Below are positions 51,311 to 61,783 of a stretch of DNA of 64,000 nt, one piece after another (the stretch's first letter is position 1; each line of letters begins with the position of its first letter). The notes beneath the pieces are model-generated. The model saw only the letters and a list, made by a program, of their open reading frames with translations, had not been told where the DNA came from and did not search any database. This DNA comes from Octopus vulgaris (Eukaryota): the NCBI GenBank assembly GCA_951406725.2, contig OX597815.1, positions 58,776,001-58,840,000 on the forward strand. The letters run 5' to 3'. The position numbers were made by a program, and so were the translations under genes.

Positions 51311-54300
51311 AAGAATGTCCAGAACCTGGAAAAGTGACAAATTGGCGTTGTTCCTGAGAGGATGGCGATGCGCTGGCGGAGAAAATCCAGATAACATAAT
51401 TACGGCTGCGCTGAAGAGCAGCGGATACAAAAGGACGTCAGCTCAAATAGAGCGGAAGAAGCAAGAATTTATACGCTCCTACGCACTTGTCAGATCGCAC
51501 ATTAACATGCTGGATGCCGTCTTTGACAGTGAAAAAAGTGAACAAAGTAAAGATGGCAAGGATGGAGACGCAAGCGCTGATGGAAAAGGTCACCCCCACC
51601 TGGTAGACGCCCAGGAAGAAAACTCCAGTGAGAAACCTGCCCGGGAGGTAAACCCAAGTGCGGGTGCTCCTACCGGCACCAAAAGCCATGGACATGGAGA
51701 TGAAAGAACCAAAAAAGGAGGAAAAACTAAAACTAAAACTCAGGCAAAACCAAAAAACGAAACAGCCAAGGATAGAAGCAAACTTAAGCAGCGCACACGG
51801 GTATGTAGGTTCTACCTGAGAGGTGCCTGCCGGCATGGAGAGGAAGGTGCAGGCTGCCGTTTTGCACATCCGGGACCCTGCTGCAGGAACCAACCACCGA
51901 AAGGAAAAGGGATGGACCACGCACCACCTGCCCCAAAACGGAGGTACGCAGATGTGGTGCGTGCCACAAACCGCCAACGTGTTGTTGAAAGGGCAGCTGC
52001 TGAACAAGAATCTTTTTTTGTGCATGGCACAAAAGATTGTACAGCAGCTAACCTGGCTCCATCAAACTCAAGCTCGCAGATGGTACTACCCACAGTTCAC
52101 AAGACCACCACAGCAAATAAACCCAAGGTGGACACCACTGGCAACAGCATACACCTCACCTCGATGCTCCTACTGAACATCAGAGGACTACTAACACACA
52201 GTAACAGGACAAAAGTCCCGTTCTTGAGAGACTTTGTTGCATGCAATCAAGCCTTATGCATAGCACTTACGGAAACACACCTGAAACCGGACATAGCAGA
52301 TGCGGAATTACACATACCACAGTATGTTGTACTACGGACCGACAGAAAAGAAAGGAGTCATGGAGGAGTTGCTATGTACATCTGTGAGGACCTCACACCC
52401 CAGGTCCTTTTGTCATACTCAAACTCGGTGTGTGACACACTAATTGTACATGTAAGGCAACTTGGTGTAGTTGTGTGTGCTACATATCGCCCTCCAGATG
52501 CCCCAAGCCATATGGGCAAGTTTGAAGACTGCCTTATAAAAATAGAAGAAGTTCTAGTCACACTAGAACAGCACATAAGTGTACTTCTCATGGGAGACTT
52601 CAACCTACCCAATGTCAGATGGCCCGAGGGCCTTTCTCTCCCAGGAATGACACGATGTGAACGGGGACAGGCGAGGTCCCTCCTGAACCTCATCAACACC
52701 CTGTACATGGAGCAAGTAATACTCCAACCAACCAGGGCAGGTAACACACTGGATCTCTGCTTCACAAATAATATGGATCTCATCCATAATGTGAAAGTGA
52801 CACCGACACTACTCTCGGATCACAACATGGTAGAGCTGACCATGTACGGGCCAAAGGAAAGCATGGACATGCAGCCTACAAGAAACTCTCAGAATCTTTC
52901 CAGCTTGAACTTCAATAAGGCAAACTGGAAACAAATTGAGAAAGAGATCCTCAAACAAAACTGGCCTGAATGTCTCTCCTCGCCGGACATCGACATGAAA
53001 CTTCAACAATTCATGTCTGTAATGCAAGCCATATGCTACAAATGTGTCCCAGAGAGAAAGGCCATTGTACACAAGAACAAAATCCCCAGAGAGAGGAAAA
53101 TTTTAATGAGACGGCGTACAAAAATCTCAAATCACCTAAACAAACAAATTGAAAGCAGTGAAAAGTCCCGCCTGAAAATAAAACTGTTGGAAATTGAAAA
53201 ATGTCTGCAACTCTCCCATGAAAAGGAAAGAGCAGACAAAGAAGCCTGGGCTATAGACAACATAAAAACTAACCCCAGAGCTTTCTACAGGTATGCCAAA
53301 GAAACAGCTATGGTGCACTGTAGGATAGGGCCACTCCTTGAAAAGGATGGCACACTCACAGGAAAACCAATGAGGGTAAGTGAAATACTGAATGAGCAAT
53401 TCAAGAGTGTTTTCACTCCACCCCTTGGGCATTTCCAAATCAGCAATCCAACTGACTTCTTTACCACTGCAGATATAAAATCAGAGGCGGCGACGATAAA
53501 TTACATCGATATAAAGGAAGACGATGTAATAAAGGCTATAGATGAAATGAAAACAGACTCAGCTATTGGCCCCGATGGATTCCCGGCAATCCTCCTAAAA
53601 GTATGTAAGAGAGTCCTAGCAAGACCATTGCAGTTCCTCTTTCAGAGCTTCCTTGCAGCTGGCAAACTTCCAAGAAAACTGAAGGAAGGTAAAATATGCC
53701 CTATTCATAAAGGAGGTAGCAGAGCGGAGGCCAAGAACTACAGACCTATCTCTCTCACCTCACACATCAGCAAGGTCATGGAACGAATAGTCAGAAGGAA
53801 ACTAATCACCTTCCTTGAAGAAAATGACTTGCTGCCTGACACCCAACATGGTTTCCAACCAGGAAGAAGCTGCTTAACTCAGCTCCTACAACACTATGAC
53901 TGGGTGCTGAAACAACTGCTCAACCACTCAAATGTGGAAGTCATATATCTCGACTTTGCAAAGGCCTTTGATAAAGTCGATCATGGAATGATATGTCACA
54001 AACTGCGTGATCTTGGCATAGTTGGAAAATTGAGAGAATGGCTTCATGACTTTCTGAAGAATAGCGGTGTTCCGCAGGGCACTGTTTTGGGACCATTACT
54101 GTTCATAATGGCCCTCTCAGACATGCCCTCAGCCACGCAGAGAGCCACGATCACAATTTATGCAGATGATACAAAAGTTTCACAGGCAATACAGAACCCT
54201 GAGGACACTAAGCACCTGCAATGTGAGCTGGACGAAATATACAAGTGGGCTGAAAAGAATAGCATGCAGTTCAATGCTGAAAAGTTTCAAGCTTTATACT

Positions 54301-55160
54301 ATCAGCATGCAAAACTGAATGCAATACCCAATGAATACACTGGACCCGGAGGGATTGCAATCCCAGAGGCACAATCAGTGTGTGACCTGGGTATTCACAT
54401 GAGTGATGACGCGACCTTTCATGTACATGTTGCTAAACTGGCAATGAAATGTAGACGGCTGGCTGGATGGATTCTTAGAACCTTTAGAACAAGAGAACAA
54501 GAAACCATGATGGTCCTCTGGAAGACACTTGTCCTAAGCCACTTTGACTATTGCTCTCAGCTATGGTCACCATCCAGTGTCAAGTTGATCACAGAACTTG
54601 AGGCGATCCAACGAAGCTACACGAAGAAGATAGCCTCTGTGCAGCATATGAGCTACTGGGAAAGACTCAAGAGATTAAAGCTCTATTCCCTGGAGCGTAG
54701 GCGAGAAAGATATGCCATAATATATATCTGGAAGATCATGGAAGGACTTGTCCCAAACTTTGGCATTGAGAGTCAGACAAATGCCAGAACTGGGCGCCAC
54801 TGCGTAGTACCAAGGACTCCAAATTTGCCATCAAGATGTAGGACAAGATACTGTGATAGCCTGGGCTTCAGAGGCCCACAGCTCTTCAATATCCTCCCGA
54901 AGAACCTGAGGGACCTGCATGGTGTAGATGCGGATGTCTTTAAAGTAGGACTGGATCACTTCCTGTCAGGTGTCCCGGATGAACCAACTTCACGGCAGGA
55001 GGTGCAGATGAGGGCAGCTGCATCGAACTCTCTCATGCATCAGATGGCGTTTGCTAAAAAGCATCCGTGAGGTAAAATCGTGTAGCAAACCAAATGGCGG
55101 TGCCCCAGCATGGCCACAGCTCATTAGCTGAAACTGGAAAAATCAAATCAAATCAAAATC
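51311..55160 (+). mobile_element. Near-full-length CR1-group LINE
   Basis: Single ORF 51315..55070, 3' stem-loop at 55096-55134 and (AAATC)n tail to 55160. Confidence 0.95.
51315..55070 (+). CDS. LINE polyprotein: Myb/SANT-like (trihelix) N-terminus, CCCH zinc finger, APE endonuclease and reverse transcriptase (ORF1 and ORF2 in one frame)
   Basis: W..L..W..I...L...GYKRT..QIERK; CRFYLRGACRHGEEGAGCRFAH (C-x7-C-x8-C-x3-H); APE motifs LLNIRG, ALTETHL, YRPP, GDFN, LDL, SDH; RT motifs YRPISLTS, QHGF, DFAKAFD, GVPQG, YADD. Confidence 0.9.
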   Translation: MSRTWKSDKLALFLRGWRCAGGENPDNIITAALKSSGYKRTSAQIERKKQEFIRSYALVRSHINMLDAVFDSEKSEQSKDGKDGDASADGKGHPHLVDAQEENSSEKPAREVNPSAGAPTGTKSHGHGDERTKKGGKTKTKTQAKPKNETAKDRSKLKQRTRVCRFYLRGACRHGEEGAGCRFAHPGPCCRNQPPKGKGMDHAPPAPKRRYADVVRATNRQRVVERAAAEQESFFVHGTKDCTAANLAPSNSSSQMVLPTVHKTTTANKPKVDTTGNSIHLTSMLLLNIRGLLTHSNRTKVPFLRDFVACNQALCIALTETHLKPDIADAELHIPQYVVLRTDRKERSHGGVAMYICEDLTPQVLLSYSNSVCDTLIVHVRQLGVVVCATYRPPDAPSHMGKFEDCLIKIEEVLVTLEQHISVLLMGDFNLPNVRWPEGLSLPGMTRCERGQARSLLNLINTLYMEQVILQPTRAGNTLDLCFTNNMDLIHNVKVTPTLLSDHNMVELTMYGPKESMDMQPTRNSQNLSSLNFNKANWKQIEKEILKQNWPECLSSPDIDMKLQQFMSVMQAICYKCVPERKAIVHKNKIPRERKILMRRRTKISNHLNKQIESSEKSRLKIKLLEIEKCLQLSHEKERADKEAWAIDNIKTNPRAFYRYAKETAMVHCRIGPLLEKDGTLTGKPMRVSEILNEQFKSVFTPPLGHFQISNPTDFFTTADIKSEAATINYIDIKEDDVIKAIDEMKTDSAIGPDGFPAILLKVCKRVLARPLQFLFQSFLAAGKLPRKLKEGKICPIHKGGSRAEAKNYRPISLTSHISKVMERIVRRKLITFLEENDLLPDTQHGFQPGRSCLTQLLQHYDWVLKQLLNHSNVEVIYLDFAKAFDKVDHGMICHKLRDLGIVGKLREWLHDFLKNSGVPQGTVLGPLLFIMALSDMPSATQRATITIYADDTKVSQAIQNPEDTKHLQCELDEIYKWAEKNSMQFNAEKFQALYYQHAKLNAIPNEYTGPGGIAIPEAQSVCDLGIHMSDDATFHVHVAKLAMKCRRLAGWILRTFRTREQETMMVLWKTLVLSHFDYCSQLWSPSSVKLITELEAIQRSYTKKIASVQHMSYWERLKRLKLYSLERRRERYAIIYIWKIMEGLVPNFGIESQTNARTGRHCVVPRTPNLPSRCRTRYCDSLGFRGPQLFNILPKNLRDLHGVDADVFKVGLDHFLSGVPDEPTSRQEVQMRAAASNSLMHQMAFAKKHP

Positions 55161-55189
55161 ATATATATATATCATGGTGACTATGTATA

Positions 55190-55520
55190 TAGTAAGAAGC
55201 TGTGTAGCAAGAAGCTTGCTTCCCAACCACATGGTTCTGGGTTCAATCACACTGCATGACACCTTGGGCAAGTGTCTTCTACTATAGCCTAAGCCTTATT
55301 AGTGGATTTTGTAGACAGAAACTCAAAAAAGCCCATATATAATATGTTTGTATGTGTGTGTGTTTGTCCCCCATCACTGCGTGATAACTGGTATTGGTCT
55401 GTTTACATCCCCATAATTTAGCAGTTTGACAAAAGAGACTGGTACAATATATACCAGGCTTAAAACAAATTTTTTTTTGAACTATGGAGTCAATTCATTT
55501 GACTAAAATTCTTCAAGTTA
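55190..55520 (+). mobile_element. Degenerate CORE-like SINE
   Basis: GGTTCAATC and ACCTTGGGCAAGTGTCTTCTACTATAGCC are homologous to the other copies. Confidence 0.75.
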
Positions 55521-55939
55521 CAAAAAGTACAACATTTTCTGCTTGACTGAAAATTAAAATTGGGTCTGGATCACAGGCCATTAGAATTATTTTTTGAAAA
55601 ACTTATGGTTTACTGAAGGTAACATCTGCACATAAGGATAGGCCTTAGAAATGATGATATTTTATTGTGAAATGTCTCTTGTAAAGGAATCTGAATCACT
55701 CTATGTTGGCACATTATCACAACTGAAGTCAATTAATAATGTGGGTTTGGATAAGCATTATCATAATGATGATAACATTTTCATTACCTTTTTAGAAATT
55801 ACTGTTATAAAATAAGAAAATTTTAAATTGGACACTACCAACAACAATAAGGTATCCATTAAAATTAGAAGCAGGGGAACAAGATGTGGAATAATATGTG
55901 TTAAAATATAACCAGAATTAACTAACACAGTGTACACAT

Positions 55940-56330
55940 GACCTAAAGGAATCAAAGTTTGGATATATGTGAATATGGATTATGATTATGTCAAAAAATT
56001 AGATCTGCTTTTAATATACATTCATGCAAACTCTGGATGGCAAGAGGTAATAAGCATTAACAATACAGAAGCAGAAATAGTTAGGCAGATATTGAGAACT
56101 GTATTTTTCAGAAATGGTGTTCCAGAAACATTATTGCACAGTTTTTCACTCAAGAAAACTTCTTAAGCCACTGGCTTTATGAATAGACAAATATAGTGAC
56201 TGGTAAGAATGTCTTACGAAACTACTACTCAAATTTAGTATCACTGTGAAGAAAAATGTCAAACCACAACTGGATTTTCATTCCAAGCAAGAAATAATAA
56301 TACAATTGCAATTTTTAAGGGTGAACACAA
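55940..56330 (+). mobile_element. Degenerate Gypsy-like integrase remnant
   Basis: HANSGWQEVI..TEAEIVRQILRTVFFRNGVPETL resembles the rve core (D..S.WPE..T....V...LR..F.R.GVPE). Confidence 0.5.
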
Positions 56331-56677
56331 TATCCTTCAGATCAAATAAGCTATGATATAAATATGCAGAATTATCCCCTCGAGCTTTAAATGTTATTTA
56401 GATAACTTACTAAAAATTGTGATTTGATAATTGATACAGAATCAAGCAATACAAATAGTATTAGATATAGTTCTCAAAAAGCAAAAGGAATTAAACCAAT
56501 TCCTCTTTATTTGAATTGTACCTGTCTTTAGATTTGTGTTTGACTATCTGTACTTCATAAATCCACTTTCAATATTGGTTTACTTTCTTCAAAAAGATTA
56601 TGTAAAACAAAATAAGTGAATAAAAAATATTTTTGTTATAAGATATTCCACAGGATGATTTTCTTTTTTCTTTTAAG

Positions 56678-56750
56678 GAGAGTGCCAGATGGTTGTGCTT
56701 CAAAAAGTCCAGCTGAGAAAGGAGCTTCACCTTCTTATGTACCAACTATG
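56678..56750 (+). CDS. Host gene candidate exon I (RVPDGCASKSPAEKGASPSYVPTM)
   Basis: Long pyrimidine tract then aag|, and donor |gtttgt; phase 2 to 0. Confidence 0.55.
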
Positions 56751-57337
56751 GTTTGTTTTGTTTGTTTGATATTCTTTTTTTGTAAAGATTTCAAAATGAA
56801 AATCTAAAATATTGTTTTGAAAAATTAATATATTTATTTTTAGTTCTTGTTGTGCAGCCTTAGGTCATCTCCAGTTGATTAGACATATGACATGTTGTCT
56901 GAATGACCAAGTGCAATCCACAGACATGCTAGTTCCCAATATATAAATAAGGGTTATCAAAAAATATACTGCACACTCTGACAATCTATGGTTGATTAAA
57001 TGTTGTACAGTGTTGCCGTCTAAACAATTTGTGCTCTGTCAACTGTCTAATCTGATTCTCTGTGTCTGTGGTTTTTGATGATAATCACAAAAGAAGCATG
57101 TAAGGTGAACTCAGTGTGACGTTGGCAACCACTGCTCCTCAAAACTTATTACTGGTGCTGTGCATCCTAGCATAATGTTTCTGGTAAATAATACAGTGCA
57201 TAAGTACTTGGAGAAGTCAGTTCAGCTGATTGTCTTGGTTTCCTTTATTTACCCCATTAAAGTACTTCTATTATTATCATTACTTTAATGAGCTTCATTA
57301 TTGTTATTTCATTAAAGAACTGATTTTCTTGTTATAG

Positions 57338-57373
57338 ATAATATCTGATGAACCTCCAACAACCACCATGAAA
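57338..57373 (+). CDS. Host gene candidate exon J (IISDEPPTTTMK)
   Basis: ttatag| acceptor and |gtaagt donor; phase 0 matches exon I. Confidence 0.55.
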
Positions 57374-57473
57374 GTAAGTAATTTATTTTGTATAAAGTTT
57401 TCTGTTCATTTAAAATCAACCTTTCTATGATCCTCCATTCAGTACTGTGTTGTGATTTTTATATGTGTATATA

Positions 57474-60352
57474 TCTCTATATATATAAAACTGAGAATGT
57501 GTCTGTCTGTCTGTGTGTTTCCCTAAAACTTGAGAACTACACAACCAATTTCATTCAAATTTTACACATGCCTTACTTAAGGTCCGGGGAGTGTCATCGA
57601 AAAAAAATTTTTAACTTTTTCCCTAGGGCGACCCCACATCAATATCATATCTTCTCCACTATTTCAGTATTACGTGTTAAAAGTGAAACAAAAACATCTC
57701 TCTATTGTGATGCAGACACTTTCACTTTAATACTGAAACTATTAAAGTGAAAGTATTATATAACAGGGATGAACCATTAACAGTGGTCATCCATTTTGCT
57801 AGAAGAAGATCCGCTATGGTCTTATATGCTACACCACTGGTTTTCAATTCATATTAATCAAACTAATATTCAATTTTTCACCCTTATTATTATGTGTGTG
57901 TGTGTATTAGCAATTCGTATAAAATTGCATCAATGACTTGAACTTGAATAAGTGGTTTCACATAAATGGGGATAAATTAAAAAGGTTTGTTGTTATTATT
58001 ATTACTGTTTGACTATTGTAATCACATTTGTTGGTTCCTCGTCAGGGAAACGTTGTTGTGTTGCATTTGTTAAATAATTGTAAACCGTAACCATCCCCCT
58101 TTTGGAGAATGGGCTTTGGTTATTGTTTAAAAATTGAATTGTGTCCCTGTTTGGGGAAATTGACAATATTTTCACCGTCTTTACGGAAGCATTTTTGTTA
58201 AAATGCCTTCGATAGAAGAAAGTCCAAAAATGAATTTCGCTGCAGCCGTACACTTCTATACAAGAGGGAGGACAAGATACAATTGATCGAAATTGCAAGA
58301 GACGAACCTACAATTCCAGTCTGTTATATATTTTGAGTATTGTTATCACTAGCGATATCAAGATATAACTTTGTATTTTGTATTTTATGTGTAGATGTAT
58401 ATATATAGATGTACATGTAATATGTACACATATATACATGCATAATATATCTACCCATACACACATACACACACACATAGGGGAAAGTGTGACTGTGTGG
58501 TAACAAACTACGTTCCAAACACATGGTCCTGGGTTCAGTCCCACTGTATGGTGACTTGGCATGTGTCTTCTGCTGTAGCCTCAGACCAACAAAAGCCTTC
58601 TCAGTGGATTTTGTACATATATACAGGCATACATACATATATATACACGCATACGTACATATTCAGCATAAACACTCTACCACTACAACTAATAACTGTT
58701 GGGAACACTTTCAAACCTGCCTTACATTCGAACCGGAATCTCAAAAACATTGTCGCCTTACATCTCATTCTCATTTCATTACCAACACAGGGAAATAAAA
58801 CTTACTTCTCACTACGGGACAATGGATGATGGTAACAGATATTTACCACATGCTACCTTATCAAGTGAAGTATATTGTCATCCACTTCACCTCTAACCTT
58901 CATAGCGTACAGACAATTCAAACGACCCACATCACTATACCACCACTGATACCTTCCAGACCAGCTGCAGGCCTACAGAACTATTCTTAACAGTGTACGC
59001 CAACGCGAGGGACGAATCTTCTTCCTCGATGCTCCTGGAGGGACAGGAAAAACATTTATTACAAAGCTTCTCCTTGCAGAAGTTAGGCAGCATCAGGACA
59101 TTGCAGTAGCTGTAGCCTCCTCTGGCACTGCAGCTACTTTGTCACCCAGTGGCAGGACAGCACACTCAACTTTTAAACTCCCTCTCAATTTAGCAGCATC
59201 CGAAATGCCTTCATGCAACATCAACAAAAGCTCAGATCAGGGACAAGTACTTAAAATGTGTCATCTAATTGTCTGGGATGAGTGAACTATGGCTCACAAG
59301 GGAGCTTTGGAAGCATTAGATAGAGCCCTGAAAGACATCTGAGACTGTCAGGCTCCAATGTGAGGTGTAACGCTTCTGTTGTCAGGTGATTTCAGGCAAA
59401 CTCTTCCTGTCATTCCGAAAGGCACTAGAGCAGATGAAGTCCAAGCATGCCTAAAGTCCTCTACCCTGTGGTATCATGTTACAATTTACAGTCTCACCAC
59501 TAAAATGAGAGCTCAGCTACACGGTGACAAAATGTCCACAAAGTTTGCACAGGACATTTTGACACTTGGTGAAGGCAAGATGCCTCTCAATGCTGCAGGA
59601 CAAATGGAAGTGTGGTCATTTTCCTCTGTTGTTAATTCTGTAGATGACCTCAAAAACAAAGTCTTTCCCAACTTCACACAAAACTACCAAAATCACAATT
59701 GGCTGTGTGAAAGAGCAATATTAGCTCCAAAAAACGTCGCTGTTAACAAAATTAATCAACAGCTAATGCATTCTCTTCCCGGCACTATACACACTTACAA
59801 GTCTGTTGATACAATTCCAGATATAAATGAAGTTGTGAACTATCCTCCTGAATTTCTCAATTCACTGGAGCCTCCGGAAAAGGTGATAATGTCTTTATTC
59901 CAAGAATTCCTCTTACTTCATCAGGAACAGAAATTCCATTTACATTCAGAAGACTGCAATTCCCTCTTCGTGTCAGCTTTGCCATGTCCATTAACAAATC
60001 TCAGGGTCAAACCCTCCCTGTACCTGGTCTTCTCTTGGAAGAGCCCTGCTTCTCGCATGGGCAACTGTATGTTGGCTGCTCAAGAGTAGGAACCAAAAGA
60101 AACCTTTTTGTATATGCTCCACAAGGAAAAACAAGGAACATTGTTTACAACGAGGTGTTATAATCTTAACAGCCAGGAGATATATACATGATCCCCTTTT
60201 TTTTAACAAACTTCATGTACTTTCATGTATTTATATTAATATACATATATAGGTGTGTATGTGTGTGTGTGTGTGTGTATCAATATATATATAACGGAAA
60301 AGTCTAATTCTTCAATTGAATGTAACTGGACAACGCCGGGTATCTCTGCTAG
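57474..60352 (+). mobile_element. Internally deleted Helitron with PIF1-like helicase pseudogene
   Basis: 5' A|TC and 3' CTAG|T (60349-60353) with a degenerate subterminal hairpin. Helicase motifs DAPGGTGKTF, SGRTAHSTFKLPL, WDE, GDFRQTLPV, FAMSINKSQGQT and HGQLYV, interrupted by stops and frameshifts (58940-60160). Confidence 0.88.
58477..58615 (+). mobile_element. 5' half of a CORE-like SINE nested in the Helitron
   Basis: GTGACTGTGTGGTAA..GGGTTCAGTCCCACTG. Confidence 0.65.
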
Positions 60353-60375
60353 TATTATATATATTTATATTTGTA

Positions 60376-61659
60376 TTGGGTTGTCCGGAAAGTTTGTGCC
60401 AATTTTTAAAGGAAAGTAAAAGGTCAATAAATACTTGCCATTACATTTTTAATCAATCAAATATGAACCATTTTGTTGCACAATGCGTCTCCATCTTTCC
60501 TTTAACTTGAAAATACCCTCTTCTCAGAATTGAGGTGGTTTCATGGCAAATAATTCATCGAGGTATCTTTTTACATCATCCAAGTAATTGAAATTTTTAC
60601 CATTAAGACTATTCTGCAGAGACCTGAATAAGTGGAAATCCGAAGGAGCAATATCTGGTGAATATGGAGGGTAGGGTAACACATCCCAGTTAAGCTGTAG
60701 CATTTTTGCCTGGTTCCCAAAGAAATATGCAGTCTTGCATTATCATGTTGGAAAACAACACCCTTCCTGTTGGCCAATTCTGGACGTTTCTCTTGAATTG
60801 CTGCTTTTAACTCATCCAGCTGTGTGCAATATTTTTCAGAATTAATTGTCTGGTTACTTGGGAGAAGCTCACAGTACAGAATTCCTTTCCAATCCCACCA
60901 GACACAAAGCAAGACTTTTTTAGGGTGAAGACCCGCTTTTGAAGTGGCTAAGGGTGGCTCATATCACTTACTCCAGGATCGCTTTCTCTGAACATTTTGG
61001 TAGATAATCCATTTCTCATCACCTGTCACAGCTATTTTTAAAAAAGGTGCGTTTTTATTCCATTTATAAAGTGAATCACAGATGGAAATGTGATCCAAAA
61101 GGTTCTTCTCACTCAACTCATGTGATAGCCAAACATCGTAGCGATTTGTATACCCAAGCTTTACTAGGTGCTCATGAATGACGAATTTTGATACGTTGAG
61201 TCTTTCTGCCAATTCTCAGGTTGTGCAATATGGGTTATTCTCAATTAATGACTTGATTTGGTAATCATCTGTAGTGCATGGTCTGTCTGATCGCTCTTAA
61301 TCAATAAGGCTACAATCTCCACCTCGGAACCTTGTGAACCACTTCCATACAGTTCTTTCGGATAAAGAAACATCACCGTAAACTGCGCATATTTATTTGG
61401 CTGCTTGTGAAGCATTTTTCCCTTTATGGAAAAAGAAAAGCATCAAGTGCCAAAAATGAACTTTCTTATCTTCCATTTTAAAGGGTTACAGAATTAACAC
61501 AGGTTATAGGAACACAAACCTTCTTCCATAAAAAGATAGCTTAAACTGTGTTCTATAATGGAGGTGTAGTCAAATCCTATTTCATGGACTCAACCATGTT
61601 CTAAAATAAGTCGAAAGGTAAGCTACTATAAATCGGCAAGAACTTTCTGGACAACCCAA
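60376..61659 (-). mobile_element. Full-length mariner (DD34D, mellifera-subfamily-like) with a disrupted transposase (61476 to 60449)
   Basis: TIRs TTGGGTTGTCCGGAAAGTTTGTGCCAATTT and AAATCGGCAAGAACTTTCTGGACAACCCAA, left TA, length 1284 bp. Motifs KGKNASQA, TGDEKW, QHDNAR and YSPDIAPSDFHLF. Confidence 0.92.
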
Positions 61660-61676
61660 GATTATAGATATATCTA

Positions 61677-61740
<64 letters not shown>

Positions 61741-61783
61741 ATGATGATGATGGTTATATATATATTTATATTATATATATATA

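Noticed and set aside
51300-51314. ATATATCA as a target-site duplication of the large LINE (also at ~55166-55174)
   Set aside because: A low-complexity match in TA-rich flanks that cannot be distinguished from chance, so the 5' boundary stays uncertain.
59379-60089. Cellular PIF1 helicase gene
   Set aside because: Intronless, disrupted by stops and frameshifts, and enclosed by Helitron termini.
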